DNA of 64,000 bases from Camelus dromedarius (Eukaryota): positions 12,402,001-12,466,000 of the forward strand of contig NC_087437.1 of NCBI RefSeq assembly GCF_036321535.1, in the 5' to 3' direction. The notes below the pieces were generated by a model. That model saw only the letters and a list, made by a program, of their open reading frames with translations. It did not search any database and was not told the DNA's origin. Position 1 is the first letter of the stretch; each line of letters opens with the position of its first letter. A program made the translations under genes and the position numbers. Of the stretch, positions 23,460 through 36,487 are shown in pieces.

Positions 23460-23911
23460 GTTAGCCTCACCTCCTCCACTTGGACCCTGTTCAGTCCACT
23501 CCAGAGCCTGGGCCTCCTGAAGAGCCTTGAACATGGCAGGATCATTCCCACCTCAAGGCTTCTGCTTTGATTGTCCTCTCTGCCTGGAGTGGTCGTCTGT
23601 CACACATCTGCAGGTCTCTCCCCTCACACGTGTTCTGAGGTCATCTCCTTGCAAAGGCCTTCCCTGACCACCCGCCCACCACTTATCCCGCTTCATTTTT
23701 CTGTAGGATACTTACTATTTCCTGAAACTGTAAGATGAATATTTGCTTGTTTACTTGGCTATTTATTTATCTGATCTTTTCCCTATGCTGTAACTTCCAC
23801 GAGTACAGATTTCTTGTTTGCTCTCTTCCCTTCTCCATCCCCAGAGCCTAGAAGAGTAGATGGTGCAGCATGTATGCTCAATAAATATCTGTTGAATAAA
23901 TAAGTGAATGA
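23460..23911 (+). mobile_element. L2a LINE 3' region
   Basis: cccacctcaaggc...aggccttccctgaccac...ccccagagcctagaa...gctcaataaatatctgttgaataaataagtgaatga. Confidence 0.85.
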
Positions 23912-24728
23912 TTTGAATCGAACTGAGTTTACCTAGAGATACTCATTGAAAGCTCAAGAAAATTAGATCTGAAAATTGTAAGTTACCTCCAACTACAACT
24001 AAGGATGCTATACTTAACTCTACTGTAATTAACACTGTATCTTTCATCGAATCATTGGCTTTAAAATGGAATCACCATTACTGAGCACACATACACACGC
24101 ACAGAAATTAAGCAAAGTACCAAAACAGAAAGGTTTTCCCGGGCCCATGTGCTACGTTGGTACATGGATGATATAACCCATAATTTCCAAAGCCACCCAA
24201 CCTGGGGGAGCTGGAGCTGGAAGCTAGAGGCTGTGTTTACCATGGGCATGCTCTGGTCTGAGGGCCCCCCGGCTACTGTCACACTGTTTTTCGTGACTGG
24301 AATGTATAGCACTATTTGGAGGTGGGCTAGTGTCTAAATTGAATGGGTGAAGAGAAACAGGCGTTCTCTTTGCCACCTTTGCAGAAAGGCAGCTGGGGAA
24401 TAAATGTACTGAATTACCTGCCGTCAATTATGGATGGCTTTGTCTGGAATCCTTTACCCTCTCCAGTTACTTTGACATACGGCCAAAAGGCAGCTGCCAG
24501 CCTGTTGGGTTCTTCAGCAACCTCTTATCCATAGGAGACTTCCTAGGAAAAGACTGAATGCATCCTTAGAAGCTCCTGTGGATTTCTGGAGAACTCAGGA
24601 CAGCCTGGTTATTTGTAAGAGGACAAGTCATTCATCTATTCATTCATTTAGTTTTATCCATGAAAGAAAGGCTGATATTCAGCAGTTTGCACCAATACAG
24701 CTATACCAGTTATTAAAACACTGAAATA

Positions 24729-24947
24729 CAGTTGATGACTGAACAGTGGGGGTGGGGCTTAGGGGGCCCAAACCAGGGCAGTTGAAAATCTGCTTATAAC
24801 TCACGGTCATTCCTCCATATCCACTGTTCCACATCTGTAGATTCAGCCAACTGCAGATCACGTAGGACTGTAATATGTACTATTGAAAAACATCCACATA
24901 TAAGTGGACCCACGCAATTCAAACCTGTGTTGTTCTAGGGTCCACTG
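24729..24947 (+). mobile_element. Tigger2a_Art-like TcMar-Tigger MITE
   Basis: Degenerate TIRs cagttgatgactgaacag / tgttgttctagggtccactg, 5' TA; internal tactattgaaaaacatccacatataagtggaccc. Confidence 0.85.
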
Positions 24948-26159
24948 TCCTGAGCCCCCCACCACAAGGGTCACCTGGGTTGTGCCACCAGAACTCCTTA
25001 CCAGCCCTTCCCCGAATCACCACTCTACAGTTACTGCCTGACACAGCAGGGAGGTCTGAGTATCGGTGCCCTTACTTTTTCCGTATGATAAATATTTAAG
25101 TATCAGGCTGCCTGAGGCTGTAATAGCAATGAAACTTTCATTTGAAAGTTCTATGTCCTTTACTTCATAACAATTCAAGGGTTGCTTAACAGAGATGGAA
25201 CTCACGTCATGTGAAAATACGAAACTGTTTTGAAACATCCTAAAGGAGGAGTCTCCCGGGATCTGTTTCCATCACCTTACCCTCCCAAAACAAGCCTCAC
25301 ACCCTCTGCCTAATACGAGAGACTTTCCAAAGAAAGGACGTTCTGGTTTTGACATGTACACCCACGACTGAACAGGGATGCCTGTCCCCACTCCCGCACA
25401 GTCACAACGGCTGGGCTCGATGAGTCAACCGTATTGCATTCCCAGGCTCCACACCACTGCGCTCCCAGAGAAGGTCTGAGGACTGGGTCCAACTCATAAC
25501 ATATAACTGCAATGCTTGGCAACCTGTTCCTTTTCTGGAAAAGAACTTTGTCCTCAGCAGTTTCCACATTACACTGCTTGAATCTCACATAACTCTGGCC
25601 ACAGTTTCTGTGCTGTGATGGAGACAATTGCTCAGAAATAAACTAACAGGAGCCGCACTGTGCAGATGACCGTGAGCTTCAGGCACGCGGAGGTCCTGAG
25701 TGGGTTGAAAGGCCCTGCACGGGCACATGGAAAAGAAGGCCTACTAAGCATCGCTAACAGATGTGTAAAGTGAGAGCGGATGCTCAGGGCCAAGGCCACT
25801 GACATTAAATGCAGAGACCAGCTGCCACTTTCCTTCCTCTGAAGAAGAGGGAGGGATGGGGCCGCCCTCCTCAGTCCCAATTCCCCACTGACTCCAGAGG
25901 GTTCTGAAGGGCCAATGGAAGGGAAGGGGAGCCTTCGCCGTCCTGCTGTATTTCATTGCACTGCTCTGGGGATTACTCTCCCTTTGGGGGGGTCCCCTGG
26001 CGAGTTGCATTCATCTCTATGAGACAACAGTTTAATCTTTCAATTACCTGAGTTCTGGATTTAACCCTCCTTCCATCCTGAGCCCTGTTTTCTTTAAAAT
26101 TTCAAGTCCATTTTCAGTATACAAGGAATGAGCCACCACTATCAAGCTCCCTTTTGTAC

Positions 26160-26200
<41 letters not shown>
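26160..26200. repeat. (A)15(TA)13 compound microsatellite
   Basis: Read directly. Confidence 0.95.
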
Positions 26201-26205
<5 letters not shown>

Positions 26206-27130
26206 GCATGTTGTTATCAGTCCTTATGCCTCTGGTTTTATTTTATAAGCAGCCTGGATATGTGAATCCCTGTGTGCTTCTGACCAAAACGAAACATGAC
26301 TTTAAAAGCAAAGGACTACTTTTCTTAAAGTATCTGACTCCACAAAGCAGGAAGGAAAGACTTTGCCTCCCTTCAGTTTTGTTGTCTTTGGTAGCTGACT
26401 TGGCCAGACAGGTGATAAACAGGGCAGACTTTAGGGGGAAGCTCTGTCTTGGGGAGAAGGGACAAGAAGGAAGTAGGCCAAAAGCCTGGCAGAGAATTTT
26501 AGGAGAGCTCTTACTTCGGGGAAGCTATCAACAGAGCTTGAAGCAAGTGAAAACCAAGTTTCAATTGATGCAGCAAACAATTAGGCAGAGTCAAGCCTAG
26601 TGGAATTGCCACTTCAGCTGCAGGTTGTCTGACTGAGGGCAGAATCATTGTCCTTGATCATTTAATGTCAGAATCATCCATCCATCTTCTGCTAAATCCC
26701 TGGAGGCAATCCCTCGATGCCTGTGTGGAGTGGTCAGAAGAAAGGAGGCGGTGTGCAGAGTGTCCACAAAGTCTGGACGCGTGGCTGAGTGTGCGTGATG
26801 TCCTCTAGGGCACCTTCAGTCTGCGGGAAAGTGAAATAACACCCGCTGTTTCCAGACCTCGTGGACACCCTGTAGTTGGTGAGACAGTGAGTAGAAAAAG
26901 GTCATAGGACTTACTGTTTATTCCAGGTGTGAACGAGGGGAAATTCAGCATCTATTTTGCAATTATTCACCAAACACATCTAGAAGAAGTGATTTTTAAG
27001 GGTCTTTGAATAAAGCAGGAGGGCTTTAAAAATTGACCAAGGTGTGTGCGCCAAAAAGGAACACGATTGTTGACCTCGCCCTTTCGGTGTGATTGAGTCC
27101 CCGATTCCGCTTTCAAGTCTTTGTTTAAAT

Positions 27131-27346
27131 CAGTGTTTCTGAACCAGGGACAGTTTTGCACCCAGGGAGTATTTTTCAATGACTAGAGCTATTTTGGTTG
27201 TCACAGCTGGAAGGGGAGAGCTCTTGGCATTTTAGTGGGAAGATGGTAGGGATACTGCTAAACACCCTACAAGGTGCAGGGCAGCCCCCCACAGCAAAGA
27301 ATGCTCCAACCTGAAATGTCAGTAGTGCCAAGGCTCAGAAACCGTG
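27131..27346 (+). mobile_element. MER20 hAT-Charlie MITE
   Basis: cagtgtttctgaacc...ttttggttgtcacagctgg...ctgctaaacaccctacaa...aaatgtcagtagtgccaaggctcagaaacc. Confidence 0.9.
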
Positions 27347-27359
27347 GTGTCAGTGTACC

Positions 27360-27650
27360 ATTCGGGAAGCGTCCCCTGCCAACCTCAAACTATGCTAACT
27401 TCCTCTAATAGCCTCATCTCTCTTTGTACTTTTCCTCCATGGTATTAATCACAATTATAATTCCTCCATGGTATTCATCGTAATTATAATAAAGTAATAT
27501 CTGTCTCTTCCATTAAAAATCAAACCTCCTAGAAAAAGAAAGTGTGTGTATGTCATTCACCACTATAGCCTAGCACCTGGGCCCACAGCAGCATCACAAT
27601 GCCTGGCACGTAGTAGAAGGTAAATAAATGTTTGTTGAATGAGTGAATCA
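27360..27650 (+). mobile_element. L2 LINE 3' end
   Basis: caatgcctggcacgtagtag...aataaatgtttgttgaatgagtgaat. Confidence 0.8.
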
Positions 27651-28056
27651 CCACATGACTAGTATTAGGAAATAAGCCAAACAGATACTCAAGTCGAGTT
27701 GTAGCTTCCGCAGGCATCTGAAGTTTGTCACGTGGGCTTGGGCTTCAGTGCTATTTCAGTTCCAGAAAGTGAGTTCTCCTTGGTGTGAAGCGAAGGTGGA
27801 ACTAAGACTCTAAGTCCTCCACGCGTACACTTTGAATGCGTAGACACACTGCAGTATTTCAAGGATTTCAGCATTTTGGCTCTTTACCCATAAAAGAACT
27901 CAGATACCAACCATGACAAAAAGAGGAAGTTGAACTAGGATTGATCTTGTGGCAAAGACAGTCCATGGGCTCCCAGGATACCTATTCAGCTTCACTCTCT
28001 CAGCCTGTCTCACAGCCATGCAGTGTGGCTGTGTCAATGGGATAAAAAGGAGATCT

Positions 28057-28887
28057 GAAATGCAAATCAAAACTACAGGGAGGTATCACCTCACACTGGT
28101 CAGAATGGCCATCATTAAAAAGTCCACAAAGGATAAATGCTGAAGGTGGAGAAAAAGGAACCCGCCTATGCTGTTGATGGGAATGTAAATTGGTGCAGCC
28201 ACTATGGAAAACAGTATGGAGAGTCCTTAAAAAACTGAGAATAGACTTACCATATGATCCAGCAATCCCACTCCTGGGAAAACTAATTTGAAAAGATACA
28301 TGCACCCCAGTGTTCACAGCAGCAGTGTTTACAGTAGCCAAGACATGACAGCAACCTAAATGTCCATTAACAGATGAATGGATACAGAATTTGTGGTATA
28401 TATATATATAATGGAATACTACTCGGCCATAAAAAAGGAAAAATAATGCCATTTGCAGCAACATGGATGGACTTAGAGATTATCATATTAAGTGAAGTAA
28501 GTCAGAAAGAGAAAGACAAATACCATATAATATCACTTATATGTGGAATCTTAAAAAAAAAAAAAAAGACCCAAATGAACTTACTTAAAAAATAGAAACA
28601 GACCCACAGACATAGAAAACAAACTTAAGGCTACCAGGGGGGAATGGGGGAGGTGGGAAGGATAAAGTGGGAGTTTGGAATTTGCAGATACAAACTACTA
28701 TACATAAAAGGGATAAACAACAAGGCCCTACTGTATAGCACAGGGAACTATATTCAATAGCTTGTAGTAACCTATGATGAAAAGAATATGAAAAGAAATA
28801 TATGTATGTATATGCATGACTGAAACATTATGCTGTACACCAGAAATTGACACATTGTAACTGACTATATTTGAATTAAAAAAAATT
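28057..28887 (+). mobile_element. 5'-truncated L1 (ORF2 C-terminus + 3'UTR)
   Basis: [24 protein letters not shown] and [38 protein letters not shown] are L1 ORF2 C-terminal peptides; stops and frameshifts; A tail. Confidence 0.95.
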
Positions 28888-29200
28888 TTTTTTAAAGATA
28901 AACAGATGATTTAAACACATTTTACTTAAACCAAATGTCATTTTGGCATCTATCAATATTAAATGTATTGATGAGCTATCTTTTTAAAAATCTGTGTCTT
29001 GCTCAGCCCATATGAGTAAGCAGAGAAATGGGTACTCGGTCCCTCTCAGCTGGGACACAGTGGCCTCTGGCTCTAAGGGCCCAATGAGTCCTTCCCAGGG
29101 AAGGGTCAGATGCACTGCAAACTCATCTAAAAACATACCCTGATTGGGGGAAAAATGAAAGGGAGAGGAAATCTTTCACAAGCTGTCCTTGTCACCTGAC

Positions 29201-29257
29201 TGTACAGCAGAGACTAACACAACATTGTAAATAGACTACATTTCAATTTTTAAAAAA
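29201..29257 (+). mobile_element. Very short L1 3' terminus
   Basis: tgtacagcagagactaacacaacattgtaaatagactacatttcaatt plus A tail. Confidence 0.75.
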
Positions 29258-30179
29258 GGAAACCTACTAAGACAGAGGTTCGGGGAGAGCCTTTGCTTTC
29301 ACCATGAGAGGAAGAGGCAAAACAGGCACCAGCCTTCTCTCCTGGTTGGAACCAGCATCCGCAGAATGCCTGCACCTGGACTAATTAGGCAACAGGAGAA
29401 GCAGCCTGTCTTTGTTTGGACCCCTGGACTCAGGTTTTCTCTCACTCGCAGCTGAACACGGTCCTACCTGATGATACATCCTTCTGCCTTGGCAGCTAAT
29501 CTTTCGCTTTTTAATGATGTGAGGGCAGAGACGGAAATGTTAGCTATCACAGTTTGGCCTGGGCTTAAATCCCGTCTGAAGCACAAAGTAAATACAAGAC
29601 TCTGAGGTAGGAGAGACCGTGGCATTGAAAGATTAATGGGGAGTCCAGTCCACACGGCAGTGGGTACAGCAAAGAGAGACACAGCTTGTGGTTTAGGAGG
29701 GAGAAAAATCAAATACCGGGGATACAAAGTGTACCCGGCCGACTTTCCACTGATGTTTTGCCCTTTTTTGTGGGGGAAGCTGGGAGAATGAATGGGTGAT
29801 TTTAAGATGAGAATTTCAAGTGCAGATTTACAGGTTCTGCATGGAGGGAAAGACTTCAGCGTAAAGCAGCTCTCCCACAAAATGTTTACATCTACCCCCT
29901 CCTGCTCCTGTGTTTTTCCACGAGACTGAACATCTTGGAGATGAGGACCCTGTCATCTTGCTACCAGTTTCTCTGGTCTCTGCTAGCAGCGTGCTGTGCC
30001 TACAGGAAATTCACCTTCAGTATCTTCCCAATTGAACACTTAGCTCTTTCTCCGCTTTGGTCTCTAAAGAACATAATTGTGAAAAAAGAGAGACAGAATG
30101 AAAATCTGGAGGAGGAGATTAATGACATTTTTTTCTCCTCATCTTCTGCTTTTTAATCTCAAGCAATCGTCCCTATATT

Positions 30180-30655
30180 TCTATATACATTTTTATTGAA
30201 GTATGTTCAGTTTACAATGTTGTGTCAATTTCTGGTACACAGCACAATACTTCAGTCCTACAGGAACACACATATATTCGTTTTCATATTCTTTTTCACC
30301 AAAGGTAACTACAAGATATTGAATATAGTTCCCTGTGCTATACAGTAGAAAGTTGTTTATCTGTTTTATGTATATTTTTTCTTTTTTTCATTTTTCAGTT
30401 TTATTAGGTAGAATTGTTATAATTTGACTACACGTATACACTATATTGCATGTAAATACATATACACAATATCCTGCACATAGTTTTTTAAATTTACATA
30501 TATGTACTGTTCATTGTTTCTAAGAACATTTAGAGCTTTAGCTTTTTAAACTTACATAGTTATCAAAGGAGAAAAGCCAACAACAAAATAAGAATTAATT
30601 CAAAAAGATACATGCACCCCACTATTAACAGCAACATTCTTTATAATTGCCAAGA
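30180..30655 (-). mobile_element. Chimeric L1-derived insertion (minus L1 3' end + AT-rich middle + inverted L1 ORF2 piece)
   Basis: 30190-30375 is a minus-strand L1 3'UTR; 30597-30655 is plus-strand L1 (aattcaaaaagatacatgcacccc); TSD caatcgtccctatatt/caattgtccccatatt. Confidence 0.8.
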
Positions 30656-30788
30656 CAATTGTCCCCATATTCTGAATAGAAGATGGAGCTCTGAATTAGG
30701 GAAAATTATGAAGAAAAAAAAAAACGTTATTCAGGAAAAGAATATTTTGAATTTTGAAAAAGAAATTTTTCCAAGTCCAAGTTCTTTA

Positions 30789-30851
30789 TTGTTTTATTAC
30801 AATATAATTAAGTACAATACCATATTAGTTTCAGGTGTATAGCGAGAACCC
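30789..30851 (-). mobile_element. Tiny L1 3' terminus
   Basis: tacaataccatattagtttcaggtgtatagc, flanked by the direct repeat agttcttta (30780-30788, 30852-30860). Confidence 0.7.
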
Positions 30852-32832
30852 AGTTCTTTACATAAATAAATTCTTTTGTTTAGGAAATACTGAGTTAGAC
30901 AGTTACTGCCTTTGATAGGCCAATGCGTGTTGTGCCTTCCCGGGAGGTATGTGGTTTGCTAATTTTCAAAACCCTATTTAGCTATGCAGCCCAAAAAGAG
31001 TTCCAAGGGGGGTAAAAAATCATGGAATAATGAAGAATCATTGTCTTACTCGTGGCAAGGTTTGGGAAGTGCTGTTTTAGCTCATAAGGCTTATAACGAG
31101 GAAAACGGAGCAGACAGGAAGAAAGGGCTGCAAAGACAGAAGAAGGCAATTCAAACACTGGGAAACTCAAGCAGACAGAAGGACACAGACGTTATGAGAG
31201 GAAAGGCTTACGTTTCATGCCTGCCATGACTAAATGTGTGCCTTAGCGTGGAGACCAAAGAAAGCAGATTGGTGAAGTTTTAAGCTAAGAATCAGGAGCC
31301 TGGTATTATATTCCAGAACCTTCCTCTGACTAACTTGGATCACTTTTCAACATTGATTGCCTCAGAGGTAATGGGATAATTAAACCCTTCTTCTTTCATA
31401 AAATCATATTCAAAATGAGCTAGAAGCTCAAGTTCATTGAGAACTTTTGAGTAGTTTCAAGAAGAGTCAAATAACATTTATGAGAAGACACAGTACTTTG
31501 TGAAAACCAGTTACGTTTATTAATTTTTGTCTGCAGTCCTGAGAATCTTGGGTAAGTTTTCCCATTAACAAGTCAAGAACATTTCGTTTCTTGAGCAATG
31601 TTTGTCAAGAGAGACTTACAAGGGGTTGGGTCAATTAACAAAGAAATGAATTTAGGAAAAGAAATTGATGAAATTCAGTTATGAAAAGGCACCCGCCACA
31701 CCCCAGCATGATTCATGTGATGATCACTATCAAAGGAGCGAACTGAGTTAGGACCGGGCCCACCATTTGCGTCTCAGAAGTGTCGAGTTCGATATCGAGT
31801 TACCAATTCTAAACTTCAAATAAACAAACACACGGTTTTTCCTTTGACTGAATTTGAAAGCTCTAAGTTGGGACTCCTACAGCCATAAACATTTACACAG
31901 CTTGGCAAGCTCCTCATTATGTAAATACTTTGTGAAAACAACTTGGGTCCATAAAGTATTAATGCTATTTGATAAAAATCAGTTTTTGTTTGGTGTGTCT
32001 TTTGAAGCTAGAGTAACTCCTGGTCATTCTATATGACTATAAAAGCTTCTTGGAATCAAATCCTAATCCCGACATGTTTTTCTTGTTCATTTAAACCTTT
32101 TATATACATGTGGGAGCCAGAGAGAGTGGAAAGCTTTTAGGGCTTCAGCTTAAATTGTTTGTCATTCTCATGCCTGCTCTCCGAGAAGTATTTGGTCTGC
32201 CTGTGCTTCTAAGTTGAAACATACATTTGTGTTCTTAAGTACTTTCTTTCTTTTTCCCTTTATGCTTGTTCCTTTGGTTTACAAATACAGACCATCTTAC
32301 TGAGGAAGAGCAGCCATACTGCCGTTGAATTGTTTGACTTACTGCCTTGTCAAAAATATCTCTGGGTGTTGATTTGCTAGGTTAGCCCCTGACTCAAGCT
32401 TCCAAAGAAAGAAAAAAAACAAAAACAAAAATGTTCTCAACCCAAACTCAATAGTATTAATAACCCCAGAAGCATAAAAAACCTAAGCAAACACAACTCA
32501 CCAGAGCTGCTTGTCCAGAGCTGTAGGAGTCCAATTTAACCTCCAGAGGTGTTTTTTGTTTGTTTGCTTTTAATTCTTTTTTATTTTGGTTTTGTCATGA
32601 GAAAGAAACAATTGAGGCTTCTGAGCAGAAATTCATAGTACTTCATTTTTCCCCTTTTGCTCAATAGCCGTACACTGGCCGATGGGGTTAAGCTACATAA
32701 AATTAATTCATCAAGGACTAAATTGAAATGGACTCAGGAAAAGCTTAGAAAGATTTTTCCAAACGGCAAAGCAGCAGATTGGAGCAAGTAAGTATTTGTT
32801 TCTCAAGAGGTGATTATGTGTGAAATGAAATA

Positions 32833-33003
32833 CAGTTGACCTTTGAACAGCGCCGGGGGTTAGGGGTGCCAAGCCTTGAGCAGACAAAAATCCACATCTA
32901 GCTTTTCAGTGGGTCCTCCGCCGCATTCCCCGCCGTATCCTCCACACCGCATCCACCCACGTGGACTGCACAGCTCGAACCCGTATTGCTCAAGTGTCTA
33001 GTG
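32833..33003 (+). mobile_element. Tigger2a_Art-like MITE, internally deleted
   Basis: ta-cagttgacctttgaacagcgccgggggttagggg...gaacccgtattgctcaagtgtctagtg-ta; TA on both sides. Confidence 0.85.
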
Positions 33004-33009
33004 TATATG

Positions 33010-33260
33010 GGTTAGCTTTTGATGTGTGAGGAACTTCTCCAGAACGTGTAGCTTAAAACAACTACCATGGAACTAGCTCATGACTCTGAGAGTCTGCCCT
33101 TTGGGGGAGGCTCTGATAAGTACTTCTGATCTGGACTGGAGTAGACTGATCTCCCTGGGGATCACTCATGAATCCATGGTCAGCCGCTGGCTTAGCTGGG
33201 GACTGTCTGGTTTGGGGTGGCCAAAGCAAGGACAGCTGAGGGTCTCTCAGCCTGGTCCCT
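33010..33260 (-). mobile_element. Old MLT1 LTR fragment
   Basis: gcttaaaacaactaccat...tagctcatgactctg...gatcactcatg. Confidence 0.6.
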
Positions 33261-33929
33261 TATTCGGATAAAACTTCCCTACCTTTCTCATTTATCTGTT
33301 CATGTCTCTAAATTAGTTCTGTAATTTCTTTAATCAATGTCATATCAGAATATTCCTAAAGGCGATATGCTCTCCTGGCTGCCTGGATTTTCTTGAGACA
33401 GGGAGTGGAGAGAAAGCCAACATTTCTTCTGACTTATGTTTAATAACTTTTAGGGTTATTTCCTTTGTATCTTGTATTATCAACAGCCCTGAAGGCTTTC
33501 AGGAATGAGCCTCAGTCCAAAGAAAACTAATTGATTCACTAATTAGATGGTCAAATGGTTAAAAATTGATGGCTAAATGAATTAGCGTTTTCACTGAATG
33601 TATTGCCTTTTATTTCCACTCCCCATTTCCTGTGCATATCAGAGAAGCTCACCAGTCTCTGCAGTTTTGCCCTTAGAAACTTCATCCCCAGCTAACACGG
33701 ACACCACTTATCAACTCCGCAGCCCCTGTAGAACGTGTCCCAGCCGCTCCTCACCAGTTAATCAGGAAGCTTGAAGTGACTGATTGCAGCCTCCATCAAC
33801 ACAGGATGTTTTGACACAGCTGTTTGGACAAGGCTGTTTAAGGCCCCCCTACAAGGCTCTCTGGCCTGTGGGAGGGGGACATGGCCCAAGGGTCAAGGTT
33901 TGAAAGCAGCCACTCATCTCTCATCGAAC

Positions 33930-34240
33930 AGTAAATATTCAGATGCATAGCAGAGCATCTGCCCTGGACTAGGCGCTGAGGGGGGACTCTGTGAGCAAAA
34001 CTGATGCCAGCTCAGCCCTCATGAGGCTCTAGTCAAGTAGGTAAGAAAACTGTTCATTATTCACCTTCCAAATTGGTGTACAAGCTGTATTAAGTATTCT
34101 GAAGAGAACGCGTTGAGAATATAGGTTTGAGAACCAGAAAGAAGGTTTATAATTGTGGTGGTTGAGAATGGAGGAGCAGGTTGACCAGGAAGACATACCA
34201 GATCTCCAGGGATTGAAATGGACACCACGAAGCTACTGTG
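33930..34240 (-). mobile_element. L2 fragment
   Basis: aacagtaaatatt...gagcatctgccc...ctaggcgctgagggg...gccctcatgaggctctagtc. Confidence 0.55.
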
Positions 34241-36319
34241 GATTTTCTGCCAGCAGGGCTCAGTCGCTCAGATGCAGAGCCTGAAAAAAAATGGACCATT
34301 GGCTATATCTAGGGCCAGGTTCATGCTCATTGGATCTGATGAAATTACCAGGCTACAAGGGAGTTTCAAGCATGGGCAGGAGAGGTCTGAAAAGGTGAGC
34401 TGCAGAGTGCACGCTCAGTGGTACGTGTGAAAAGCAGATGTGTTTCCCACCCCTAAGGGCAGCCTGGATGGTGGTATTGAGCCTGCGGAGAGGTAGAGAG
34501 CTGGCCTTCCCGACCTCTGGGGTCTCCCGTGCAAAGGCAGTCACTGCCTCCCACTTGAAAGTGACACTTGGTAATGAAGTTCTGAGAAAATGATCAATGC
34601 TAGGCCACAAAGAATACTATCTAGGTACACTTAGAGTTTTAGACGAGGTTTTATTTTCTCAATATTATTTATCATGCTTTTTTCAGAAAAGTCACTTTGT
34701 TGATACTTATTTTTCCAGACACAGTGACAGGGGAGTCTAAGTCAGCAGCCTAAAACCAGTGAAAAGATACAGTCATAAGGGAAACTCCAGGTTTGGACTT
34801 TTTGTAAAATCAGCAAAAGGCCTGAAAACCCTTGCTGTTTAAATCCACCCCAGTTTCCAAGGTTTGTATTTTATGAAGAACAGAATCTGTGTGATGTTGT
34901 GAAAAAGTTAACACAATGACTGCTCCAATCCTTCACACGTGTTCATTCGTTGCCTGCAAAACACACGGCAAATCCCAGTAACCAGCACTGGTGATACCGT
35001 AAGAAACCGTTTTCAGGAAAGTTCTATCTTCTCTGGACTTACTGTCAGCCAGTCTAGATTCTTTGAGGACACCCTGGCCCTGTCTCCCCAGAATTCCTGC
35101 AGGCTCTCTGATGAACACACATCTCCAAGCTGGTTCCAATCTCCTAGGTCCACCTCCATCTCCCACCACCATCTTCCTGGGCTTCATGAGCTAAAAAGCC
35201 ACATGCAGGCAGTCAGTCCCCCTGACAGCAGTAGGTTATAGGCTCCAGCAGATGTTCCAGAATTTAAATTTTTCCCTTAGACTTTTTTATACATTTATGT
35301 AACATCCCTGAGCCTCAGTTTCCTCATCTGTGCAATGGGATTGATTGAGTACTGATTTGAAATAGAGAAAAGATCACCATGGCTTACATATAAAAATATC
35401 TTAAATCCTAAGTGTGACTGTTTCTACAGAGCAACTTCTACTAATTTTATGGCATTAATTCTGTCAAGTTTAACCATCTTCAGTATTTCGTATTTATATA
35501 CCACGTCCAGGTACCCACCCTTTTGTCACCATTCACAAATTGTTCCTGTTCTATTTGATACCTTGCATTTACCTTGGATAAAAAACACCTTGGTTATTCT
35601 ATCTCCAGAGCTTGCCGTGCATACCTGTACACGTGCTACTGAGAATTCTATTTAAAATAACACAACACAGTAAATCAGTGCATCCTATCAATAACAGGCA
35701 TTTTAGGCTCCCCAAGATATGCACAGAATGTATACAAATGTCCTGTGCTAACATATTTTTACGTTATCAGATCACATAAAATAGATATTTTAAGGGATGA
35801 TATTAGGTGAAGCAGATGATATCTTTAATAGTTTAAATTTCATTAGAGTAAATAAAATTTTCTTTTGGTACTCACTAAAATATCATTTTCAATAACATTT
35901 ATAGTGGGGACAATGTCATGGCTCGTAAAACTGTGGGCAGATCGTGAAAGTGTCACCACCGCCTGTTTTCCTATTTGCTCCGGCTTGGCGGTTTCTTTGC
36001 AGGAATCCTTTAAGCCACTTGGCCATTTGAGACAGGTTAGTGAAATTAAAACTAGGTAATATAATTTGTAAATCCACCAATGGGCTTAAGTAAAGAGAAA
36101 TGTTTTTAAATAAATTAAAAGTGAGTGAAGGAGTGAGGACAGTAATCTCAGGTCCTTTGGGATGTGGAAAATGTCATACCACGTACAACACAAGACTTGA
36201 GAATCCAGTGAGGACAGGAGAGTCGATTGCATGTCAATGTTAATAATGCTAAAGGTTTTTCCTTTTTAAATTACACATAAATATAAATAGAAGTTCTAAT
36301 TTTTTTCCCCGAATGTCAG

Positions 36320-36487
36320 TACTTGGGTGTGCATCAAAATCAGCTGGTAGGCTTGTTCAATTTTGGGCCCCCTCCCAGACTCTCTGATTCAGTGGATCTG
36401 GGGTGGAGCCCAAGAATTTGCATTTCTGACAAGTTCCCAGGTGGTGCTGATGGGGCTGGCCTTAGGACCACACTTGGAAAGCCACTG
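36320..36487 (-). mobile_element. MER5A hAT-Charlie MITE
   Basis: ctgattcagtggatctggggtggagcccaagaatttgcatttctgacaagttcccaggtg...ggaccacacttggaaagccactg. Confidence 0.9.

Noticed and set aside
28000..28464. 154-aa ORF (and 44232-44609, 125 aa)
   Set aside because: Antisense frames of L1 ORF2/3'UTR, a common spurious-protein artefact.
31715..31750. C/D box snoRNA (GTGATGA...CTGA)
   Set aside because: Boxes only ~30 nt apart and no terminal stem.
34720..34791. Coding exon (tttttccag...cag|gtttgg)
   Set aside because: Stop codons in all three frames and a weak donor.
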